DNA of 64,000 nt. Origin: a virus. Positions 27,956 through 36,667 of this stretch are shown here, piece after piece (position 1 is the first letter of the stretch; the number at the start of each line of letters is the position of its first letter). Below the pieces are notes generated by a model. That model did no database searches. It was given only the letters and a program-made list of their open reading frames with translations, and was not told the origin of the DNA. Both the position numbers and the translations under genes were made by a program. The DNA is taken from the IMG/VR virus record IMGVR_UViG_3300010389_000004, positions 30,082 to 94,081 of that record; one strand, 5' to 3'.

Positions 27956-29926
27956 TCAGCCCATCCTAGCGTTGATGTACGCTTGGTGGAAGTCGTTATC
28001 TGTCTCCTGACGGTTGTGCTCAACCTTGGCGTAGAGTGCTGGGTTTGAACGCACCATCTCTTCCAAAGCGGCTTGTGCGCCAAGACCTCGTGAGACGTTG
28101 AAGGACATTCTCTGTAGAACAGCCAAGCCATCCACAATTGAGTCCACACAGTCATCGTGAGCGCCTGAAGGGAAAGCACACAGCTCGTCGATCGCTGCGT
28201 CAACCGAGGGGTTACGCTGCCCTGGCAGCAGATTGAAGGGCGCTGCCCATTCCCCACGTTCGAAAATGGGAGAAACGCCGAGGGCTCGGGTGGTCTTTGA
28301 ATTGTTCCCGCGCTTCACCTCATACACCGGAGCGTGAAACCCAAGGCGGATGCTCAACTCATTGAGGGAATCAGCCAAGGCTTTTTGGAATGCCACGGAT
28401 TCCACGAGAAAACCCAGGTGATGGAACGCGAATGCTTCCTCAGCGACGCCCTTACCCACCGTACCTGATCCCCAATACGACGCGCCTACTCGATTCGAGT
28501 AATAGACGTAGTGCTTGAACATCAACATCATGATGCCAGCCATCGTGGTTCTGACGCGATCGACATCAAGCAGGTAGTATTTGCGTGTGCGGATTGAATA
28601 GCCCTGGGTGACGATAGCCGTGAAGTCATTATCGGCTTCTTCTGCACGCTTACCTCGTGAACCAGCAGGGTCCAATGAGGTAATGCAGATCAGGTCATCA
28701 GGCAGAACCTCCAGATTGAGGTTATTCATTTCCAGGTGGCGGAGTACGTTATCAGGTAATTCCTCACCCTTGCGCACCCAATACTTGATCCATGCTCGGT
28801 GGACGTATTTCGTTGCGTCATCCACAGGCTCCAGCATGAATTCCTTCTGGAAAGCCCGAGACCCCAAGTCTCTCAATTTCCAGGATAGGTACGGGAGGTA
28901 GTAGATCGGCTGATTGGTCGCTTGCCGGTAAGCGAGTTCGGATTCGGTGAGTGGGTTACGCCATTCATCAATTGGGCGTAGAGGATCCATCGCTCCGTAC
29001 TTTTGCTCCCACAACGGGTTTATGGGCAAGCCTTGCTCAGTGAATCCCTCACACGCTGGTTGCTTCGTCTTGATCCAGTTCGTTGTCCTGCGCTTGTCTT
29101 TCCATAAGCGCATAACCAGATCGTCCTCATGCACGGTCGTACCGATGACGATGATATTGCCCACGCCAAGAGAGGGCACGTTGGATAGCGCTCCCCAGAA
29201 CCAGTCCCATAACGACTCTCTAACCTTCACTGATTTGACGTGCTTGTCCTCAATGATGTCATCCAAGATGAGTAGGTCAGGACGCACGGATACCAGGTTG
29301 TTATAGATCGGCTGACCATACCGGTTCTTGGTGACGTAGCCTGAAGGCAAGTCATCCGGGAAGGACTCGTTGGCACCACGGAGCGCACCACCTGTTGAAG
29401 CTGAGAATACGGCTACCTGGTTGGTGGTTCTCAGGTACTTGTGACGCCAGCCTTGCTTCTTGGCTCCGCCAGTTTCGGTGTCGCCTACCAAGTCTCCGAA
29501 AGCCTTTCGGATTACCTCGTTCTGCTCAAGCTCCATTCGAATCTTGCCAAGGAAGCGCTCAGCGTTTCCTGACGTGCTGGAGATGACGCCGATGTACCGA
29601 CGCTTGCGGTAGCAGACGCACCAGAGCACATACGCAAAAGAGACCACGGTGGATTTGCCGTGATCTCGTGGAACGAGCTTCAGGAGGTGTTTGCCGTTCT
29701 TGAGTGTTTGTAGGTCTTGGATCAACCCCGAGTGAAAGGGTGCGAAGTGCTCTGAGAAGTGACCCGCCAGGAATACCCTACAGAACATCTTGAACGAGCC
29801 AGCACACAGCAAGGTCCACTCTTTGAGAGTGTACTTGGAGAAGTCAACCTTGACCGGATCGAGGACGGCTGGGGACATACTGCTTTTCTCTACGACGACA
29901 ACAGAGACCGAATAGAGTGCCGTCAT
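27956..29926 (-). CDS. terL: Terminase large subunit (likely start 29878)
   Basis: Walker A PRDHGKST, Walker B LILDD, nuclease motifs SLDPAGS and FPSGAHDDCVDS. Confidence 0.95.
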   Translation of the reverse strand: MTALYSVSVVVVEKSSMSPAVLDPVKVDFSKYTLKEWTLLCAGSFKMFCRVFLAGHFSEHFAPFHSGLIQDLQTLKNGKHLLKLVPRDHGKSTVVSFAYVLWCVCYRKRRYIGVISSTSGNAERFLGKIRMELEQNEVIRKAFGDLVGDTETGGAKKQGWRHKYLRTTNQVAVFSASTGGALRGANESFPDDLPSGYVTKNRYGQPIYNNLVSVRPDLLILDDIIEDKHVKSVKVRESLWDWFWGALSNVPSLGVGNIIVIGTTVHEDDLVMRLWKDKRRTTNWIKTKQPACEGFTEQGLPINPLWEQKYGAMDPLRPIDEWRNPLTESELAYRQATNQPIYYLPYLSWKLRDLGSRAFQKEFMLEPVDDATKYVHRAWIKYWVRKGEELPDNVLRHLEMNNLNLEVLPDDLICITSLDPAGSRGKRAEEADNDFTAIVTQGYSIRTRKYYLLDVDRVRTTMAGIMMLMFKHYVYYSNRVGASYWGSGTVGKGVAEEAFAFHHLGFLVESVAFQKALADSLNELSIRLGFHAPVYEVKRGNNSKTTRALGVSPIFERGEWAAPFNLLPGQRNPSVDAAIDELCAFPSGAHDDCVDSIVDGLAVLQRMSFNVSRGLGAQAALEEMVRSNPALYAKVEHNRQETDNDFHQAYINARMG

Positions 29927-29942
29927 AGTGCGGGTGTGTCAA
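29914..29942 (-). promoter_or_regulatory. Possible sigma70 promoter for terL
   Basis: TTGACA-17-CACTCT immediately after the RNA's last hairpin; the -10 element is weak. Confidence 0.3.
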
Positions 29943-30368
29943 ATGAGAAAGCCCGGACCGGGCGAGGAGATCCGGGCTTCTCGATGCAGGCTCGCGCAGG
30001 GAAGAGCTGCAAGCCTGCTTGGTGCAGGAGACACGGGCAACGTCTCCTGTTTGGGTCTCCCCTCCCACCACAGATGGGAGACCCGTCTGCTCGTCTCGGG
30101 GCTAGGAGACGAGCAAGGTGAGGGTGGTAGAGTGTTGGGGGCTACCACCCTTGTGAGACTGCCTGCCTTTCCCCGTGCGGGCAGTCTCGTGTCGGCATTC
30201 TCCACAGGGATGCGAAACCTGCGTGCTCCTGCCGACAAAATAAGGAGCGGGTGAGTGGCTGATGAGGTGCAGATGACCACCCACCCTGAACCCCGTGGTG
30301 ACTCCTCATGACGGTCTGTGTGTGCGTTCCACACCATGAGAAGTTGTACCTACACAGTACGAGGGTCT
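29940..30368 (-). ncRNA. Putative novel ~430-nt multi-hairpin structured RNA
   Basis: About 11 contiguous stem-loops; most mismatches are G-U on the minus strand; promoter upstream; last hairpin followed by a U-rich tail. Confidence 0.75.
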
Positions 30369-30374
30369 GAGGGT

Positions 30375-30403
30375 AAGTTACGTTTACTGAGTTCCTCATG
30401 CAA
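30375..30403 (-). promoter_or_regulatory. sigma70-type promoter driving the hairpin RNA
   Basis: TTGCAT (30403-30398), 17-nt spacer, TAACTT (30380-30375). Confidence 0.65.
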
Positions 30404-30407
30404 TAGG

Positions 30408-30433
30408 AAAAGCCGTCCATGGGCAGGACGGCT
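30408..30433 (-). terminator. Intrinsic terminator ending the accessory operon
   Basis: AGCCGTCC-tgcccat-GGACGGCT-TTT. Confidence 0.7.
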
Positions 30434-30542
30434 CTCACTACGGGCTGTAACTACGAGTTGAGTGCAGCGATGACCTGGACAGCGTTGGGTGGAACACTCG
30501 GTCTTTCTCGCCCATTATCGTAGCCAGGCTCCTGAGGGTTGC

Positions 30543-30734
30543 TCAATACTCGAACTCGCCCACCCACTTCCTACGCAACAGCGCCTCACGCGTTGACTGA
30601 TGCATCAGCTTTACCAGGGCATCATCTTGTCGCTCGGCTTCCTCATACCACTCCCCTATCGAGTAGAATTCTGGCTGGTCGGAGTCTTCAGGCAGCAGCC
30701 AGGCGAACACTGAAGCTGTTGCGTCGTAGCCCAC
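30543..30734 (-). CDS. Hypothetical protein
   Basis: ORF in a packed operon. Confidence 0.5.
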   Translation of the reverse strand: MGYDATASVFAWLLPEDSDQPEFYSIGEWYEEAERQDDALVKLMHQSTREALLRRKWVGEFEY

Positions 30735-30738
30735 GAAT

Positions 30739-30888
30739 TCATTCTCCCAGGTTATTGACCTTTTCCAGGGCGTTCAGCAGAGAGTCGTATACCGGCGCCC
30801 ACTTCTCGCGCTCCTCGGCGCCTTTGTTCATGATTGCGTCTACTGACCCAATCAGCTTGGTGATTTCTCTGGCGATATCATCTGACAT
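30739..30888 (-). CDS. Small hypothetical protein (49 aa, MSDDIAREI...)
   Basis: GAGGA RBS; fills an intergenic gap. Confidence 0.55.
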   Translation of the reverse strand: MSDDIAREITKLIGSVDAIMNKGAEEREKWAPVYDSLLNALEKVNNLGE

Positions 30889-31315
30889 TGAGTGCGTCCT
30901 CGATCAACTCAATCAGAGGGAGGTGGATTTGAATGCCATGCGCTCTGTATTCGACCCCCGAGTGTTTACCCAGTACCTGCGCTGAAGCACACCAGACCTC
31001 TTGGGGGTCTGTATCGTTTGGAGATTTGATAAGGCGACGCACAAACTCCAGCTTGAGAGAAAAGAGCTTACCGATACTCGCTAGCCTCAGCAGCATGTCA
31101 TAACAGAGTATGGCATAAGCGACTTCAGGAGGACACGACGCGAAAATCCCTATACCCTCTTCTCCTTTTCCCTCACCACGACGGTCTGCTACCAAGGCTT
31201 CGCCGAATCCCCAGAGGATCCCCATATTGCCGGCGCCGCCCCCAAACTCGGGCAAATCCCACTCCAGTTTCGTGTACAGGTCGGTGATGTCCGCCAGGGC
31301 TTGTTTGAAATCCAC
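30878..31315 (-). CDS. Hypothetical protein
   Basis: ORF in a packed operon. Confidence 0.6.
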   Translation of the reverse strand: MDFKQALADITDLYTKLEWDLPEFGGGAGNMGILWGFGEALVADRRGEGKGEEGIGIFASCPPEVAYAILCYDMLLRLASIGKLFSLKLEFVRRLIKSPNDTDPQEVWCASAQVLGKHSGVEYRAHGIQIHLPLIELIEDALNVR

Positions 31316-31317
31316 AG

Positions 31318-31572
31318 CTATTCCATTTCATGCAAGAGATCTACTGACCGGAGGAGTTTGGTCTTCAGGAGGTCAGGTAGGTTTTTGTGCTCCGCCGATT
31401 CCTGACAACCAGCCTTCTCCAACGTATCCAACATATCGAGAAACGTGGAGAGCTTTTCTGGGTAAGGTAATACCAACACGCCTGTTTTGCGAGCCTTCCT
31501 GACCCGCTCGATCATGTCCGATAGGGAGATGATATCGCCTGGTCTTCCACCTCTACCTTTGGGCATCGTCAT
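31318..31572 (-). CDS. Hypothetical protein
   Basis: ORF in a packed operon. Confidence 0.6.
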   Translation of the reverse strand: MTMPKGRGGRPGDIISLSDMIERVRKARKTGVLVLPYPEKLSTFLDMLDTLEKAGCQESAEHKNLPDLLKTKLLRSVDLLHEME

Positions 31573-32050
31573 TACCCCAAGCTTTTATTTCTGGAGTCCC
31601 CTCAGAAACGTCCACTGAGAGAAAGACGCGATGGTCTTCTCGCATTCGACAGGTGTATTGTCTGATTACGGACATGTACGCTCGGTGGGGGTATTCGCCA
31701 GAAATGTTGTAGCTCCCCATGTCCTCTACTGCGTTATCGTAGAAATACACTTTGCCCACCAGTGCTTCCCTGTTTGGGAGTTCTTTATTGATGACGATAT
31801 GCCCGCACTTCAGCGTATGGACTACTTCAAAAGCCCAATTCATCAGGTCAAACGTGAAGAGTGCGATAGCAGCGTCATCAGAAATACCTTGTGGTTGTCC
31901 GTCGTTCCCGACAGTCGCGTGAAACCTTCCCCAGAAGAAGTAAGCGGGCAAAGAAGACTTGACCGGGCTCGTCTTGCCATAATCAGGCTGCTCACGGTTA
32001 TGCTCTTCGTAGAAGCTCTTGATATCTCGTAGTTCTTGTCCGTGGTTCAT
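31553..32050 (-). CDS. Hypothetical protein
   Basis: Start moved to the ATG at 32050, coupled (ATGA) to the upstream small ORF. Confidence 0.6.
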   Translation of the reverse strand: MNHGQELRDIKSFYEEHNREQPDYGKTSPVKSSLPAYFFWGRFHATVGNDGQPQGISDDAAIALFTFDLMNWAFEVVHTLKCGHIVINKELPNREALVGKVYFYDNAVEDMGSYNISGEYPHRAYMSVIRQYTCRMREDHRVFLSVDVSEGTPEIKAWGNDDAQR

Positions 32051-32226
32051 AGGTCGTTCAGATCCTCCGCTACTTCCCACAGCTCAGTACCCACGATCCG
32101 CGCTTCCCAGGTTCCCACACTACCTGCGGGGTATGTCCACTGACGGTCTACGCATTTCACGGACACCTCTACACCCAAGACGTCTGACAGCAGAGCAGCG
32201 GCTTCTTCGTCAAAGTAACTGGTCAT
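32047..32226 (-). CDS. Small hypothetical protein (59 aa)
   Basis: AGGAG RBS; ATGA coupling. Confidence 0.55.
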   Translation of the reverse strand: MTSYFDEEAAALLSDVLGVEVSVKCVDRQWTYPAGSVGTWEARIVGTELWEVAEDLNDL

Positions 32227-32276
32227 ACTACAGGGACTCCTCTGGCTGCTGCTCCTCGGGGTTATCCCGGAGGTAT

Positions 32277-32417
32277 TCAGCGTAGGGTCTTAGGTCTTAG
32301 GTCCTTCCTCCAGGTGTCTGGCTTGGTGATGTAGGTTTCCTTGATACCAAGTCTCTTGGCTTCCCTCACCAGATACCTGCACATCTCATCCCACTTCTCT
32401 GCTTTCACGTCCATCAT
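32277..32417 (-). CDS. Small hypothetical protein (46 aa)
   Basis: AGGAG RBS. Confidence 0.5.
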   Translation of the reverse strand: MMDVKAEKWDEMCRYLVREAKRLGIKETYITKPDTWRKDLRPKTLR

Positions 32418-32443
32418 TTACTCCTGCTGGTGTTCGTAGGGTG

Positions 32444-32638
32444 TCACACACCGCCGCGTTTGCGTTTCTTACGCCTGGAAATCAGGCGGGCCATTTCTCG
32501 ACGAATCTCTCGATTAGAGGTAGTTGATTTGTAGCCATGCGGGGTTGCTACCCTGAGATGCCCACCGCGCCTTTTGCGGATGTTTTCAATGGCTTCTGAG
32601 CGTAGTTGCGCGTGGTCAATACCGTCACCCTGACTCAT
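32444..32638 (-). CDS. Small basic protein
   Basis: Arg/Lys-rich, 64 aa. Confidence 0.55.
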   Translation of the reverse strand: MSQGDGIDHAQLRSEAIENIRKRRGGHLRVATPHGYKSTTSNREIRREMARLISRRKKRKRGGV

Positions 32639-32927
32639 TCTCTTTTCCTTCCTTGAGTTTGTGGTACAGGTCTTCGCCTTTTTGCGTTAGCTCCCAATGT
32701 TTGGACTCACCAGGTCTCATGGCGTTGACGTCCCAAACATACCCTAGCCTGTCCAGAGCATGACAATGCCTCGTGACAAGAGATCGTCGGGCGGAATCAG
32801 CACGCACCCCTGCGGGGCGCCCACCACGAGGCCACATTGCCCTAGCCAGGTCAATCGTGTATTTGCGCCCGTCGCCGATCGCCAATAGCAGCTTTTCTTT
32901 GAAGGGCGTGAGCGGAACGGTGGTCAT
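32625..32927 (-). CDS. Winged-helix DNA-binding protein
   Basis: TIDLARAM...VTRHCHALDRLGYV...WELTQKG. Confidence 0.6.
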   Translation of the reverse strand: MTTVPLTPFKEKLLLAIGDGRKYTIDLARAMWPRGGRPAGVRADSARRSLVTRHCHALDRLGYVWDVNAMRPGESKHWELTQKGEDLYHKLKEGKENESG

Positions 32928-33511
32928 TCGGCTTCCTCGTTTTCAAGATCCGCCTTCGCTTTGGTAATCAAGCGATCCATGTGCTTATCAAGCGTACCGT
33001 CGAATACCTTTTGGAAGGCAGCAACCCCTCTCGCAACTGCGTCAGAATCTTCCCCCGAAAGCTCCTGCACCCACTTCTTCAAGTCCTCGGCGAGAGGCTT
33101 GTTCTCCGTTAGACAGGCGTAGGCCAAAATAGCCGCCCGAGCCGCAGCGTCCTTCTCCGGCTTCAGTACAAAGTAGCTGTCTTCCGCCGGCGTGCCGTCT
33201 TGCTTGGTGATGTCGTACTTCTGGTAGAGGCCGCGAGGTGCTTGGTGAATCTCCAGTCGGTCTGGGTCATCGTCTTCAGCCCACCGCACGAACTCAACCA
33301 ATAGGCAGTTGCACTGGCAGTCCTCAAGCTCGGCCGCTTCTCTTTCCAAGCGGTCGCGCAAATGGTTCTCGACGAGCTTCGCGGTGTTGCTCCCACAGTA
33401 CGACGTCCCGTTACCCCAGAAAGCCAGCCGTTCTGGATCCGCGGCCATCCCCTCGGAGATGTCCATCTTCATGTTCAAGGACACCTTCACGATTGCTTTT
33501 CGGATCTTCAT
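32924..33511 (-). CDS. Hypothetical two-domain phage protein
   Basis: C-terminal GLYQKY...YFVL..D..AR.A..AYA module that I recognise from other phage proteins. Confidence 0.6.
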   Translation of the reverse strand: MKIRKAIVKVSLNMKMDISEGMAADPERLAFWGNGTSYCGSNTAKLVENHLRDRLEREAAELEDCQCNCLLVEFVRWAEDDDPDRLEIHQAPRGLYQKYDITKQDGTPAEDSYFVLKPEKDAAARAAILAYACLTENKPLAEDLKKWVQELSGEDSDAVARGVAAFQKVFDGTLDKHMDRLITKAKADLENEEAE

Positions 33512-33765
33512 ACCTCACCCTTCTCGTCGCCTTCGTCGTCCAGTTCCACGGTGTTACCCAACATAGTCTCCGCAATGAGATCACAGGCGAAGGTAGCAGC
33601 CCCCAAACACTCGTAGGGAGAACCACCCTTCAACACCGAAGAGGCGTACCGCTCGTGCTTACTGAATATCACCGCAAGCACAAAGGAGCTAATGAGCTTA
33701 CGACGCCCCAGCTCTTGAGCGATCTGTTCCAAAGTTGCTTCACCCAGGGGCGTATCCATCTCCAT
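33508..33765 (-). CDS. Hypothetical protein
   Basis: Coupled ORF. Confidence 0.6.
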   Translation of the reverse strand: MEMDTPLGEATLEQIAQELGRRKLISSFVLAVIFSKHERYASSVLKGGSPYECLGAATFACDLIAETMLGNTVELDDEGDEKGEV

Positions 33766-33773
33766 GTCAGTCC

Positions 33774-34205
33774 TTACTCTTTATCAAAACCAAAGAACGC
33801 CCGAAGCCTGGCCAAACACGCCGTCCAAGCAGCCCCGTCGAGCTTATGGATAGCGTCATAGAGGACACGGGTTTCGGGGTGGTCAAAGCTCCGGTGAATT
33901 CCGACACCTAGTTGGCTCTTCATCAGCTTCAGAAAAGCTTCGAGCTTTGACACCTTCTCGTTGAGCTTCCTGAACTCCTCAGCCGCCTGACACCTCTTGA
34001 GAGACACCGTTTCTGGCGGGAGTTCGTGGGCGATGACCTCTCCGTCCACTCGGGATGAATACCAGGTCGAAAGCTCGCGTTGTTGCGCTACCCACTTTGC
34101 CGCAGCGTCTTGGGAGACGAACCCCGACACCGTGAGTCCGTCCTTATAGACCACACTCCATGTGCCTTGCTCAGTCTGGCAGCAGGCGTATTCCGCGTTC
34201 GGCAT
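33774..34205 (-). CDS. Hypothetical protein
   Basis: ORF with RBS. Confidence 0.6.
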   Translation of the reverse strand: MPNAEYACCQTEQGTWSVVYKDGLTVSGFVSQDAAAKWVAQQRELSTWYSSRVDGEVIAHELPPETVSLKRCQAAEEFRKLNEKVSKLEAFLKLMKSQLGVGIHRSFDHPETRVLYDAIHKLDGAAWTACLARLRAFFGFDKE

Positions 34206-34572
34206 CGGTTATCCTTTCGCCCCCTAAGAGCACGAATCGGTAGGAGAGTAAAAACAGATTGTTCTGATAAGCGAGCGTACCAATAGCCTTCAGCAGGCAC
34301 TCCGCAATGCCTTCCCACACCGTGTGTTTGGTTTTCCGGTCAAGCAGCTTTGTGTTACGTTCTTCAACCGCCACCTCAACCGGCTTGTTTGGGAGAAAGG
34401 CGAGAAGCATGGGGACTTCCGAAATGAAGTTCACCTCATGCACCAAATACCCACGCTCCGGGTGACGGATTCGTTGCTCGTTCACCACGGCGCCTACCTC
34501 TTCCCCAGCGACAATGAAGAACTGTGTCCCCGTCGCTGGAACAAAAGGTAGGTCTCGTAACACGTCCCGCAT
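34171..34572 (-). CDS. Hypothetical protein
   Basis: ORF in operon. Confidence 0.55.
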   Translation of the reverse strand: MRDVLRDLPFVPATGTQFFIVAGEEVGAVVNEQRIRHPERGYLVHEVNFISEVPMLLAFLPNKPVEVAVEERNTKLLDRKTKHTVWEGIAECLLKAIGTLAYQNNLFLLSYRFVLLGGERITDAERGIRLLPD

Positions 34573-34574
34573 AG

Positions 34575-35747
34575 CTATGCCTTGTTGCTGCCGGCGATCG
34601 CCTTGGTGATCGCGTCAACCGCCGAGAAGCCGTGCGCGAGAGGCACACCAACACCCGTCACCACCTGGTGCGTTGCTCCGTTACCCCAGTTACCTGTCGG
34701 ATGTTGTCGCACCTTCCACCCGAAGGAGTGAATGAGCGTCTCCAGGTTCGGCAACAAGAGTCGGACGGCCGCGTAATCAGAAACTCGCGAAGACTCTTCA
34801 TGCGCACCGCCACCACCGCCTACATACTCGTGGTTGTAGGCGGTGGCCATAGGCTCATCGGACTCAACGTCCCAAGCTATCCAACTCTCGACCCAACCAA
34901 CTGGAGTAACCACACGCTCATAGCAGCGCGGGTACCTGAAGGACACCGACTTGAGCCTCTCCACCGCCGTCGGGAGCGACACTTCCTTCGGTTGCTCGGG
35001 GCACGGGTTTTTGGCATGAATCGCAATCTCTGCTTCCAGCTCTTTCCGCAACTCAGCAACGTCGTGAAACTCCTTGCTGTGGATCTCGCTCGCTACCTCC
35101 ACCGCTCCCTCAAAACCGACAAGCGTTGAGCGAGCTTCGGATATCTCCGTCGCAGGCACCTTGCGCAGCTTCGGGAACGCCGCCTTCGTAGCAGCCCAGA
35201 TACCCATAGCTTCGACGGTCAGTTCGTAAACAGGACGCTTGAACAGATCCTTGCGGAACAAGCGTAAGTCGTGCTCCCAGACCAAAACGGGCGCTACAGG
35301 TGGCGCGTCTTCCTCAGCGTCTGGTACGTCCGTGACAGCAGTAGCGATGAACATGGAGTGCCCGCGACTATCACAAGCATCGGCTACTTTCCCCAAACCC
35401 TCCTGGTAGGTTGGGAGGAGATCTACCATGCGCTCCTTGATTCGATCAAGTAGTCCAGCCTCACCCTCGTGCTTGCAGAAATGAAGTGACAGCGCGTGCG
35501 CCGTGACCCAAGAGAGTATGGGGCACTTACTGGTACCAAACCCCGAAACCTCAAAGAGCTGCCGCACGGTGTACGAGGCAAGACCGTCTTTGGCTCCTTC
35601 TGCTTTGCTCTCAATCTCCAACACAGCGTTACCAACCGAGAAGTACTTCTTCTTACCCATTCTGCTCTCCGTTACTCCCGCACATACTTGCGGTAAAGTG
35701 TACTCAGCCCTCGCCATACCCCGACGACCAGACCGTACATATCCCAA
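34575..35747 (-). CDS. Hypothetical protein (start uncertain)
   Basis: 390-aa ORF. Confidence 0.65.
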   Translation of the reverse strand: MGYVRSGRRGMARAEYTLPQVCAGVTESRMGKKKYFSVGNAVLEIESKAEGAKDGLASYTVRQLFEVSGFGTSKCPILSWVTAHALSLHFCKHEGEAGLLDRIKERMVDLLPTYQEGLGKVADACDSRGHSMFIATAVTDVPDAEEDAPPVAPVLVWEHDLRLFRKDLFKRPVYELTVEAMGIWAATKAAFPKLRKVPATEISEARSTLVGFEGAVEVASEIHSKEFHDVAELRKELEAEIAIHAKNPCPEQPKEVSLPTAVERLKSVSFRYPRCYERVVTPVGWVESWIAWDVESDEPMATAYNHEYVGGGGGAHEESSRVSDYAAVRLLLPNLETLIHSFGWKVRQHPTGNWGNGATHQVVTGVGVPLAHGFSAVDAITKAIAGSNKA

Positions 35748-36118
35748 AACTCATGGGGCGTAAACCCCAGGTGAGTAGTTAGCTGATCCACATCCCAGGA
35801 GTCTGCCCTGGTCTGCAAAATACGCAACAACCTCAGCACTGCAAAAAGCCCCGAGGGGCTTTCCACGAATACCTGGCAGTAGCTCGCTCGGTAGTGGTAC
35901 TCAAGCACCTCTAGGCGAACCCCTCGAAACCGGTTAGCGGTCTCATCGCCGTGTTTGTACCCGGTTGTGTTTGGGGAGAAGAGCAACAGGGACTGCCCGT
36001 CTGGTACCTTCTTGCCCTCATAGGCAAGCACGCACCGCTTACTCTCCCCGTGGTAGATATCTCGACGAGGTAGGCCGACCTGCACAAAGTGCTCTACTAG
36101 TTCGTCAAGCGTGTGCAA
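35672..36118 (-). CDS. Hypothetical protein
   Basis: ORF in operon. Confidence 0.55.
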   Translation of the reverse strand: MHTLDELVEHFVQVGLPRRDIYHGESKRCVLAYEGKKVPDGQSLLLFSPNTTGYKHGDETANRFRGVRLEVLEYHYRASYCQVFVESPSGLFAVLRLLRILQTRADSWDVDQLTTHLGFTPHEFWDMYGLVVGVWRGLSTLYRKYVRE

Positions 36119-36121
36119 GCT

Positions 36122-36667
36122 CTACACCTCATTACCCCAAGCGTCCCAACCCGGACGGTGCTTTCGTGCGAACAGCTCGACATACGGCCCTGGAGAACAG
36201 CGCTCGATTACCTCGTAGAACTCTTCGGGTTTCTCGGAGTGTCGGGTCTTCGGAGCTAACACCAGGTTAGCTTGTGTTCTCGCACCTTCGGTGAGTTTAC
36301 CAAGACCTTGTGACCCCACCAGAACTATTTCAGAGGCTTGCCGAAACCACCACCCAAGCCCTCTGGGATCTACTAACCCCGCCTTGGTGGTCTTCCCCCA
36401 AACCAACATCCCTCGGTATTTGAACCCCCACGCACTCAGTACCTCCAAACCATCCGTCAGTAGTGCGTTGGGAACCCACACAAACGCTACTGAGTCTTGA
36501 GCAACCACCTCTTGCACAGGAAGGCGGCAGATATCCTCCACGGTCAACGTGGGGTAATGGAAAAGGCGCCCATGTTCTGGAGCGCCTTTTCCTGTCCTAC
36601 GACGAAACCGCCAAGGAGGGTCTGCCAGGAGAGTTTGGTACTCCCCTGCTTTTGGGAGGTCTAGCAC
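36122..36667 (-). CDS. MT-A70 family adenine methyltransferase
   Basis: LADPPW catalytic motif and HSEKP...VELFAR..RPGWDAWGNE. Confidence 0.9.
   Translation of the reverse strand: MLDLPKAGEYQTLLADPPWRFRRRTGKGAPEHGRLFHYPTLTVEDICRLPVQEVVAQDSVAFVWVPNALLTDGLEVLSAWGFKYRGMLVWGKTTKAGLVDPRGLGWWFRQASEIVLVGSQGLGKLTEGARTQANLVLAPKTRHSEKPEEFYEVIERCSPGPYVELFARKHRPGWDAWGNEV

Noticed and set aside
29945-30340. CRISPR array, TIGR array or CRISPR-repeat mimics
   Set aside because: No conserved repeat sequence, no constant box motifs or GAAAC-type ends, and no Cas or Nop-domain gene recognised in the window.
29939-30438. ORFs overlapping the hairpin array (29939-30337 -, 30142-30438 -, 29928-30254 +)
   Set aside because: No convincing RBS, Pro/Ser/Arg-rich sequence unlike real proteins, one spans the terminator and promoter, and the dense base pairing is better explained by RNA structure.
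29940-30540. tRNA, tmRNA or RNase P RNA
   Set aside because: No cloverleaf with a T-loop and CCA end, and no GAGGAAAGUCC signature.
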